Below are positions 9,456-17,197 of a DNA stretch of 45,015 nt, piece after piece. A program made the translations under genes and the position numbers. Positions within the stretch are counted from its first letter, which is position 1; each line of letters begins with the position of its first letter. The notes beneath the pieces were generated by a model, which was not told the origin of the DNA, ran no database searches, and saw nothing but the letters and a program-made list of their open reading frames with translations. The stretch comes from Promethearchaeota archaeon (lineage in GTDB: Archaea; Asgardarchaeota; Lokiarchaeia; Sigyniarchaeales; SOKP01). Where the stretch lies: NCBI GenBank assembly GCA_048938895.1, contig JBHLLU010000033.1:1-45015 (forward strand). The letters run 5' to 3'.

Positions 9456-10601
9456 CTATGTTAAAGATAATTCTTTCAAAAGATTTTCGGGAGTTTTAAA
9501 TACATGTATATCATCTATATGGATTCCAATGAGAAGATCTTCACCAGGAATAAAATTTTCTTCAAAATTTCCAGGTTTTATTGACAAAAACCTATCGCCA
9601 TTATCCAGCATTAGATAAAATCTCTTTGTGGCCCCTATAAACCTTGATGCTTCAAGATTAGCTTGAAATGTCTGCATCTTAGTCCAATCATAGGGACTAT
9701 TTTCAAAATCATAATCTAAAGGAAATAAATAAACATCTTCAAATCGAAAAGAGATTATAATATTATCATCTAAGGTAAATTTATTATTGAAATTATTACA
9801 ATCTATTTTTGGTCCTCCTAAACGGATCCAAATATTTATTTTATTACCTTCAAGTAATTTCAATACAAAACCTTGCAAAAAATTTGTTTCTCCTAAGAAA
9901 TTGGCAACAAAAATACTATTTGGATTTTCATATAATTCATAAGGAGTTCCCATTTGAAGAATATGTCCTGATCTCATAATTATAATCTTATCTGCTATTG
10001 CCATAGCTTCTTCTTGATTGTGGGTCACATGAATTGCTGTAAGCTTTAGATCCTTGATCAAATTTCTCAATTCATGTCGAAAGACCTTAGATACTTTTGG
10101 ATCTAATGAACCTAGCGGTTCATCCATTATCAGTATTTTTGCTCCTGTGGCAATGGCTCTTGCGATCCCCAGTTTCTGTAAACCAGGATTTCCAAAAATA
10201 CTGGGATATTCGTCAGCATAATCTAATAGTCCAACTGTATTTAATGCTTTTTCTGCTTCCTTGATAATATACTCATCATTATATCCACGCATTTCTAAAC
10301 CAAAAGTTACATTCTCCCAAACAGATAAATGGTCAAAAATTTCAAAGTGCTGAAAAATGAAACCCATATCTCTATCTTCTGGAGGAATTCCTTCGATATC
10401 CTCACCATCGATTAAAACTTTTCCTTTAGTGGGCTTTTCAAGCCCGGCTATCATTCTTAGAGTAGTTGTTTTTCCACAACCAGTTGGTCCGAGTAGAAAA
10501 ACATAATCTCCATCATCGATCTTCAATGAAATATTATCTACGGCAAGTACTTTTCCTTCTTTAAATGTTTTTGTAACATGGAATAATTCAATAGATGGCA
10601 T
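9456..10601 (-). CDS. ABC importer ATP-binding subunit B
   Basis: GPTGCGKT, IFQH, ILIMDEP and VTHN intact; signature motif replaced by FGNPG. Confidence 0.92.
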   Translation of the reverse strand: MPSIELFHVTKTFKEGKVLAVDNISLKIDDGDYVFLLGPTGCGKTTTLRMIAGLEKPTKGKVLIDGEDIEGIPPEDRDMGFIFQHFEIFDHLSVWENVTFGLEMRGYNDEYIIKEAEKALNTVGLLDYADEYPSIFGNPGLQKLGIARAIATGAKILIMDEPLGSLDPKVSKVFRHELRNLIKDLKLTAIHVTHNQEEAMAIADKIIIMRSGHILQMGTPYELYENPNSIFVANFLGETNFLQGFVLKLLEGNKINIWIRLGGPKIDCNNFNNKFTLDDNIIISFRFEDVYLFPLDYDFENSPYDWTKMQTFQANLEASRFIGATKRFYLMLDNGDRFLSIKPGNFEENFIPGEDLLIGIHIDDIHVFKTPENLLKELSLT

Positions 10602-10603
10602 GT

Positions 10604-12265
10604 TTACGTACCTCTCTTTTTTGTAACCATCCTTAAAGCAAAAATCAAGAAAACACTAAAAATAATTACGATAAAACTTGCAAAAACGGCACTAGGGAAA
10701 GCATTAGATTCAACCCAGTCTACTATTAATACAGGTACGGTTCGAATATTCCCCATAACTACAATTGTAGCCCCTGTTTCTCCTAAAGAGCGTGTAAATA
10801 CCATAATACACCCCGCAATTATTCCTTGTTTTATATTAGGAAGCGTTATTCTTCTGAATACTGTTAGATTAGATGCACCTAAGGTTCTAGCTGCCTCTTC
10901 CACTCCTACATTGGTGTTTTCCAAGACTCCGATGATTGGTCGTACCATATAAGGAAATGTGAAGGCTATATGAACAAAGAGAATCATATAAAATCCTGAT
11001 TGAAAAAGCCTTAAACCTACAGGTCCCCAAAACATAAAGGTTGCAAAACCTAAAGCTGCGGAAGGGATTGCTATTGGAATGTCAAGGATTGTGTCTAAAA
11101 AGGTAATAAATCTTCCCCACTTACGTTTCGTTATAATAAACGCAAAAGGTATGCCAAAAGCCAGATTTATCACGACTGCTAGCACACCTATTTGTATTGA
11201 ATTTATAAAACTTACATATAAATATGCCCACTTATAATCTTGACCCAAAAATAATTCTCCTACAAAGTTTTCCCCAATGATTTGAGTTGTAATATAAAAT
11301 GCGGGAATTAATATTAAAACCAGTAATATTGCTAATGCCATTATATCTCGAAAGTAGCGTAAAAATCTATTACTGAAAAACCTTTCAATTCTAGGCCACA
11401 CTGATTTTACAGGGAATCCCGTTTTTCGAGTTAAAAATTTTATTGAAAATAATAAAATTAATGAGATTAATATCAAAATTCCTGCTAATAACGAAGCTGA
11501 AGGTAATTCTAATTGCCTCCTAAAACCTACAATCAGGATAGGTGCTGTTTCTACTAATCCTGATATGATAATAGTTGCACCTGTTTCACCAAGACTTCTG
11601 GTAAAAGCAAGGATCGATCCTGCGATGATTCCTTCCTTCATCATCGGGAGAGTTATCGTTCTAAAAACTGTGAATCCAGAAGCTCCCAAAGTTCTGGCAG
11701 CATCCTCATATAATGTATTTACCTTCTCAAGAACAATTTTCATATTACGAACGATATAGGGAAAAGTAAAGATGATATGTCCAAGAATTATAAGAGAAAA
11801 TCCTGGTTCAACTCCAAATAAGCCCCAAAATAGCAATATTGAAAAACCCAAAGCACTTGTAGGAACCGCCATTGGTAAATCCACAAGTACATTAAGTAAT
11901 TTTTTACCTCTAAAATTGTATCGAGTCAATATTATGGATATTGGAAGTGCAATAATAATATCGATACTTACAGCTAAAGCCGCAATAGAAAAGGAATAAC
12001 CAAGGGAACTCAAGATATTTCTCCATTGGAGATTACCTATTAAATTATCATTAAAAACATCTTTATTTATCGCAGGAATACTTAGAAAAATTGTAGAAAA
12101 GATGTTAATTATGGGGCCAATAACTACTAGAGCAAAAAAAATTAATGTTAAAGCATCTAAACTCTTTCTATAAACAGGTTTCGAGAAAAACTTATCAATC
12201 TTTAAGCTAACGGATAAATTCCCTTTGGTCTCAGTTGTTTCCATAGTTAGTCTATTTTTTCTCAC
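10604..12265 (-). CDS. ABC importer permease with two fused BPD_transp_1 domains (CysT/CysW/ModB-like)
   Basis: Internal duplication: DLPMAVP..EDAARTLGAS..FTRSLGETGAT and DIPIAIP..EEAARTLGAS..FTRSLGETGAT. Confidence 0.92.
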   Translation of the reverse strand: MRKNRLTMETTETKGNLSVSLKIDKFFSKPVYRKSLDALTLIFFALVVIGPIINIFSTIFLSIPAINKDVFNDNLIGNLQWRNILSSLGYSFSIAALAVSIDIIIALPISIILTRYNFRGKKLLNVLVDLPMAVPTSALGFSILLFWGLFGVEPGFSLIILGHIIFTFPYIVRNMKIVLEKVNTLYEDAARTLGASGFTVFRTITLPMMKEGIIAGSILAFTRSLGETGATIIISGLVETAPILIVGFRRQLELPSASLLAGILILISLILLFSIKFLTRKTGFPVKSVWPRIERFFSNRFLRYFRDIMALAILLVLILIPAFYITTQIIGENFVGELFLGQDYKWAYLYVSFINSIQIGVLAVVINLAFGIPFAFIITKRKWGRFITFLDTILDIPIAIPSAALGFATFMFWGPVGLRLFQSGFYMILFVHIAFTFPYMVRPIIGVLENTNVGVEEAARTLGASNLTVFRRITLPNIKQGIIAGCIMVFTRSLGETGATIVVMGNIRTVPVLIVDWVESNAFPSAVFASFIVIIFSVFLIFALRMVTKKRGT

Positions 12266-12293
12266 CTTATCACCTATTCATATATACCAAAAA

Positions 12294-13418
12294 TTACGCT
12301 GTAGCTTTACAAAGTAACCATAGATCGGGTATTTTTAATAGTACTTCTTCATCCGAAGGAGTTTTTAATTCAGGAATGTTCAAATTTAAAGCAATCCCAT
12401 TTGTTTCATAATTAAATACTTTAGGATCTAATGGAATTGAAGAATTTATTGGTCTAAATCCATATTCAAGAGCAGATTCCACAGTTTCAGTCTTCTGAAG
12501 AAATGCTAAAAAAGCATTTGCTACTTCTCTTTGATATTCATTAATCCAATCTGCATTTAAAATACAAAATGGATGATCACTGTATAGTGTACCTTCCTCT
12601 GGATATATTGCTATTACTTTTCCTCCTGCAGAAGTACTTGAAATATCTCTTATAAGATTCTCATATAATAAAGCAATATTTAGAGCACTAGGACCTTCAT
12701 TTTTCATATAACGAGCTAAAAAACCAGTCGATGTTCCGTATGTTATGGCACTCGACTCAAATTCTCTTAACCATTGTTGATTACTCGAATTGGTAAGATC
12801 TAACATTGTTAAGTTTTCTGAAGGGATCCCTGAAGCAGCTGATAACGCCATTATTACACTCATAAATCCAGAATTGGACAATCGTGGATCCGTATGTGCC
12901 ATTCTAATATTCACATTAGGGTTTAAAACTAAGTTATGTATATCTGAAAAACCTTTAATATTATGAGTTTGGTTAAATGCTTCCCAGGTGGCTATCACTA
13001 TTGGTGAATAAATAATTTTAACAGCAGCGCTAATATTTACAATTTCTTCATTATTTTTTGTCAAATCTGCCCATTTAGAATTCAATAACGGCATCCAAAT
13101 TGAACTTGCTGGGCTCCAAATTGTTGGGGTTATCTCCCTATTCAAAATCCCGATTATAGAATTTGCTGAACCATATGGATGCATATCAATTGATATAGGT
13201 TCATGAGGATGAGTATTTTTCCACTCATTCATAAAGTTTGTATAAGCAATTGTCATCCAACTCGCTTTTTCAGAGCTGTATATAATTGTTATATGAGTTT
13301 TTTCGCCTTTACTACTTATTATAATATCCGTAGAAAAACTTCCTATAAGAAAACCCAATACAAAAATTATAATTATTGCGCTTTTATTACGTTTCTTAAC
13401 TTTACTGATTCGGCTCAT
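12294..13418 (-). CDS. membrane-anchored ABC substrate-binding protein (PBP2 fold, not PstS-like)
   Basis: Basic N-terminus plus TM anchor; YSSEK, WSPASS, YSPIVIA, TDPRLSNSG, YEN and IYPEEGTLYSDHP motifs. Confidence 0.8.
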   Translation of the reverse strand: MSRISKVKKRNKSAIIIIFVLGFLIGSFSTDIIISSKGEKTHITIIYSSEKASWMTIAYTNFMNEWKNTHPHEPISIDMHPYGSANSIIGILNREITPTIWSPASSIWMPLLNSKWADLTKNNEEIVNISAAVKIIYSPIVIATWEAFNQTHNIKGFSDIHNLVLNPNVNIRMAHTDPRLSNSGFMSVIMALSAASGIPSENLTMLDLTNSSNQQWLREFESSAITYGTSTGFLARYMKNEGPSALNIALLYENLIRDISSTSAGGKVIAIYPEEGTLYSDHPFCILNADWINEYQREVANAFLAFLQKTETVESALEYGFRPINSSIPLDPKVFNYETNGIALNLNIPELKTPSDEEVLLKIPDLWLLCKATA

Positions 13419-13444
13419 AATGAGTAAAACTCCCCGAATCCCCT

Positions 13445-13543
13445 CTAAATCAAAGAGGTAATATAGTTGTTAATTAAAGCATAAATAATACCAGTCGTTA
13501 TCCCAATAAACAGTGCGATTAAAAAGATAATTCTTCGATTCAA
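13445..13543 (-). CDS. small single-TM membrane peptide (32 aa)
   Basis: TTG..TAG ORF MNRRIIFLIALFIGITTGIIYALINNYITSLI lying between the box array and the SBP gene. Confidence 0.55.
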   Translation of the reverse strand: MNRRIIFLIALFIGITTGIIYALINNYITSLI

Positions 13544-13633
13544 ATCTTTTTTCTCTTCTATATATAATGTTTCTCTTCTTAATTAGAATCCTTAACTTTA
13601 ATAGTATAATTCTATACCTTTAATTAAATAATC

Positions 13634-13668
13634 CTATATATCCTATATATCCTATATAGAAATATATA
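13634..13668. promoter_or_regulatory. tandem CTATATA x3 (exact 9-bp period) plus ATATATA upstream of the ABC operon
   Basis: CTATATA at 13634, 13643 and 13652; ATATATA at 13662. Confidence 0.65.
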
Positions 13669-13677
13669 TAACCTAGA

Positions 13678-15255
13678 TTAAATTAGATTTTGACCCACCA
13701 CACTCTTATGAGGCGTTTTACCTAACATTTTTACAAGAGTTGGGACGATGTCCGTTATTTTACAGAAAGCAATATGCTTGGAAGGAATCTCCAACGATCC
13801 TCCAATAACCAAAGGGACTTTCATGCATTTTTTAAGCCCCAGATCGTGATTATAAAGGTTTTTATTCCCCTTTTTACCATTTTTTAGATTATAAACTATT
13901 GAACCATCATTGCTCAAAATAATATCTGAACTTCTTGGATTTTTGAAATGACGAGGAATTAAATCGATGTACATTGGAAAATCAAGGTTATAAGTAGCTG
14001 CTAGCCATTCATATGTTGAATGAAATTTATTATCTAGCAATTTAGACGCATTTTCGTCATTCAAATAATTAAAAACATCAACTTTATCGTTTTCAATGAC
14101 ATATTTGGTTCTAAAATCGTTACCATTACCCGAATATTCAATTTTACCTGAAATTATTTTATTTGAATCATTAAATTTTCTTTTTAAATAAATTATACCC
14201 TTATCAATTGTGTTTTTTTCATCTCTGTAGTACATTAAATGGCTTCCTTCAATTTTAAATAGCTCTTGTAAAAGATTTATCTTTTTTGGACCATAACTTT
14301 TCAATTCATTAGTAGTGGGATGAGACCATCCGAATTTACTCATAGGGTGAATAGAACCCTTGAAATTAAAGAATCCAATTCCATCATATTTGGAAATATT
14401 CATATTCCCCTTAATATTTCTCTGGGGATGATAATGAGTGAGTTTATTTGGTTTAAAGAAATTGTATATTTTTCCATATTTATCAGCTTTATAATTTCCA
14501 TGATCAGATGTTATTACTATTGCTGTATCATCTAAATATCCCATTTTAGATAGACTATCAATTAACCAACCAATCACTTTATCAATATGCAAAAGATTTA
14601 ATTTGTAGAGGTGTGATGAAGATCCAAAAATATGTAAAAGGATATCGGTTGTTGGAAACCACAGAAGAGATGCTATGGGAGGTTCAGAGTTTTTAAAATA
14701 TTTCTTGGGTCTTTTAAAAGTATCAAGTAGTTTTTCCACTAGACCTGTATCGGCCCTTGCCATCATTTTTTTTATATTTCTCGAATAATATAGAGTGATA
14801 TAAAACATAGCAAGTTTAGTTTTCCTCTCAGGAAAAAAATATTCTGCTCCTCTATTGATAAATTGGGCTATACTAGCTGTATTTCCAGAATCCTTGACCA
14901 TTTCAAGAATAGTTTTGCATCTGCTTTCAAGATCCTCATTGAGTTTATATATTTGCAGATTTCTAGCAGTATAATCTCTTAGAAATGGAGGTGCTATATC
15001 TCGTCCCATCCAATTCATTAAAGGTATACCATGACAGAATTCTTTACGATAATCACCGGTATAGGTTCCTGTAAGTAATGATGCTTGGGTTGGATATGTT
15101 ATTGGAGGGAAGTCCGTTATACAATCTCTGGAGTAAATTCCATTTTCCATCAACTTTTTTATGTTTGGAAGCCATCCCTTATCTACATAGTCGAATAGAT
15201 GGTCAGATCTTACATTATCAATGATACAGTAGATAACTCTGTTTATCTTATTCAT
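13678..15255 (-). CDS. alkaline phosphatase superfamily hydrolase (nucleotide pyrophosphatase/type I phosphodiesterase-like), cytoplasmic
   Basis: IIDNVR, PPITYP (Thr nucleophile position), DILLH, TSDHG and YNHD; no signal peptide. Confidence 0.85.
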   Translation of the reverse strand: MNKINRVIYCIIDNVRSDHLFDYVDKGWLPNIKKLMENGIYSRDCITDFPPITYPTQASLLTGTYTGDYRKEFCHGIPLMNWMGRDIAPPFLRDYTARNLQIYKLNEDLESRCKTILEMVKDSGNTASIAQFINRGAEYFFPERKTKLAMFYITLYYSRNIKKMMARADTGLVEKLLDTFKRPKKYFKNSEPPIASLLWFPTTDILLHIFGSSSHLYKLNLLHIDKVIGWLIDSLSKMGYLDDTAIVITSDHGNYKADKYGKIYNFFKPNKLTHYHPQRNIKGNMNISKYDGIGFFNFKGSIHPMSKFGWSHPTTNELKSYGPKKINLLQELFKIEGSHLMYYRDEKNTIDKGIIYLKRKFNDSNKIISGKIEYSGNGNDFRTKYVIENDKVDVFNYLNDENASKLLDNKFHSTYEWLAATYNLDFPMYIDLIPRHFKNPRSSDIILSNDGSIVYNLKNGKKGNKNLYNHDLGLKKCMKVPLVIGGSLEIPSKHIAFCKITDIVPTLVKMLGKTPHKSVVGQNLI

Positions 15256-15310
15256 AATATTTTAGAAATCTTAAGGTAGAAGATTATAATTTTTCTAAAA
15301 TTAAAAAATA

Positions 15311-15373
15311 TAACGTTATAATAACCAAGAACTAAATATATTGTAACCTTATAATAACCAAGAGCTAAATATA
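15311..15373. repeat. 30-bp direct repeat, two copies, 33-bp period
   Basis: taacgttataataaccaagaactaaatata (15311-15340) vs taaccttataataaccaagagctaaatata (15344-15373), 28/30 identical. Confidence 0.9.
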
Positions 15374-15389
15374 GTCTAGTGTAAATTTA

Positions 15390-16400
15390 ATGGTAACAAT
15401 AGATGCTCATTCTGATTTTGCTCTAAATGTTTATAGAGAGCATTTAAAGGGTAATAAGAATGTTCTTAAGGAACAACACTTACCTTTTCTTCGTAAAGGT
15501 GGTGTTAATATAGAAGTATTAACAGTTGGTGGTGATTTCGAATTATTTCCTGAGTTTGATGCTCAAGATTATAATACTATTATAAAAGTTATTGAATCAA
15601 TTAAAAATGAAATCTCCGAAAATTCTAATTTATTCTATTTAATCAAAAATTCAAAAGATTTTGAAAAATTAGGAGATAACAGAATTGGGTATATAATGGC
15701 TTTAGAGGGTTCAGGTTCCCTAGGGAGTGAAATATCTTTAATAAAGAATTATTATAACTTAGGAGTACGCTCATTTGCCTTGACTCATAATAAAAAAAAC
15801 TTGCTAGCTGATGGATGCGCTGTACAATCTGCTAAAGGGTTGACCAAGCTCGGGAAAGATTATGTAGGAGAATTAAATAAGCTAAATGTTAATATAGATC
15901 TTTCCCATATATCCGAACCTTCTTTCTGGGATGTTTTGAATATAGTAGATAAACCTTTAGTCGCAACTCACTCTAATGCTAGATCATTATGCAACCACCC
16001 CCGAAACCTTACTGACGATCAAATTAATGCAATAGCAGAAAAAAATGGAGTTATAGGGATTAATTTTTTCTCTATATTCATTGATGATAACGGTAAAAAT
16101 GCAACTGTGGATAAACTAGTAGATCACATTGATTATATCGTAGATTTAGTTGGAATTGACCACGTGGGACTTGGTCCAGATTTTCTAAATTATTATATTA
16201 AGGATCTGAAAAACCTTCAAGGGATGGATGATCCATTCGGAGGAATATCCGAGCCTGGAAGTAGTTTCGAAGTAATTAGAGACATCACAGGGTTTCCTAA
16301 TCTCATCGAATTAATAAAGAAGAGAGGATACTCCGATATAGAAGTTGGAAAAATTCAAGGAGAAAACTTTTTACGGATATTTAAAGAAGTAATTAAATGA
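15390..16400 (+). CDS. membrane dipeptidase family (M19) zinc peptidase
   Basis: DAHSD, ALEG, DLSH, THSN, RNLTDDQI and GLGPDF motifs. Confidence 0.92.
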   Translation: MVTIDAHSDFALNVYREHLKGNKNVLKEQHLPFLRKGGVNIEVLTVGGDFELFPEFDAQDYNTIIKVIESIKNEISENSNLFYLIKNSKDFEKLGDNRIGYIMALEGSGSLGSEISLIKNYYNLGVRSFALTHNKKNLLADGCAVQSAKGLTKLGKDYVGELNKLNVNIDLSHISEPSFWDVLNIVDKPLVATHSNARSLCNHPRNLTDDQINAIAEKNGVIGINFFSIFIDDNGKNATVDKLVDHIDYIVDLVGIDHVGLGPDFLNYYIKDLKNLQGMDDPFGGISEPGSSFEVIRDITGFPNLIELIKKRGYSDIEVGKIQGENFLRIFKEVIK

Positions 16401-16436
16401 GATATTCTCTTGAATATAATTTTTTGAATATATTAA

Positions 16437-16511
16437 TGGAGCCCCTGGTGGGAATTGAACCCACGACCGATAGATTACAAGTCTATTGCTCTACCACTAA
16501 GCCACAGAGGC
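16437..16511 (-). tRNA. tRNA-Thr(UGU), intronless, with encoded CCA
   Basis: Reverse complement GCCTCTG..TAGTGGTAGAGC..ATAGA-CTTGTAA-TCTAT..GGTTCAATTCC..CAGGGGC-T-CCA; U73 discriminator typical of archaeal tRNA-Thr. Confidence 0.97.
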
Positions 16512-16696
16512 ATATATCATTGATTTAGACGTTTCCGTAAAAGAATAACGAATCCACGAAGGGGGATCTATATAAAAAAAATGTTCTTTAAATTTTTAAT
16601 TTTGTGGTTTCAGAGGGTTAAAAATTTCCACAAATAATTATTTAAGTTAACTTATCTTTTTTGTTCATAAATCAGAAATTAAAATTTTGAGGAAAA

Positions 16697-17047
16697 ATGC
16701 CGTTTACTAAAGAAGATGTTGTAAAGTTAGCATTTAAGATTTATAAGGAGAATGAGAGCATAGAAAAGAGCATTTGGAAACTCGCCGAATATTGCGTTAT
16801 TATTAATAAGAATGTAGAAAATGGCTATGATATCAAACCATTGGAAACTGATATCGCTTATTTACATATAAGGGAGGATGTAAACGGCGAACTCCTAAAA
16901 CCCTCAGAGGATGAAATACGAGAAGTTGCCGAAATCATCTATAATGAGAATCCAAGTCGTTCCCAGCTTGATTGGTACATAGCTGAAAAACAACTTCTCC
17001 TAAATGAAATCAAGAACATTATTTCTAATAATAGAAAAAATAATTAA
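16697..17047 (+). CDS. hypothetical protein with two DUF2934-like repeats
   Basis: EDVVKLAFKIY..IWKLAE and EDEIREVAEIIY..DWYIAE. Confidence 0.65.
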   Translation: MPFTKEDVVKLAFKIYKENESIEKSIWKLAEYCVIINKNVENGYDIKPLETDIAYLHIREDVNGELLKPSEDEIREVAEIIYNENPSRSQLDWYIAEKQLLLNEIKNIISNNRKNN

Positions 17048-17049
17048 TA

Positions 17050-17082
17050 ACTCAAAGTAAACTGTTTGAGTCTACTCTTTTT
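17050..17082 (+). terminator. possible hairpin plus T-rich terminator
   Basis: ACTCAAA-N8-TTTGAGT followed by tctactcttttt just after the stop codon. Confidence 0.3.
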
Positions 17083-17197
17083 AATACAATATTGAATTTT
17101 AAACAAGTATAAGACATATTTACCTAGGAATAGTGGGTATTATAATGAATACCATACTAATTATCAATAGTTAAGAATTTTATAACGAGGATACAAA

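Noticed and set aside
8216-13418. Calling the ABC operon pstSCAB, or assigning cys/mod/wtp/fbp gene names
   Set aside because: It lacks PstS/PstB motifs. The permease is Cys/Mod-like but the SBP and gene context do not match those systems, so the substrate is unresolved.
15259-15301. 10-bp inverted repeat ATTTTAGAAA/TTTCTAAAAT
   Set aside because: Almost all A/T in an AT-rich genome; likely chance
15311-15373. Direct repeat as a mini-CRISPR array
   Set aside because: Only two copies with a 3-bp gap, no spacer and no cas genes
16437-16511. tRNA-Thr as integration site of a mobile island
   Set aside because: No integrase, and no duplicated tRNA 3' end was seen in the window
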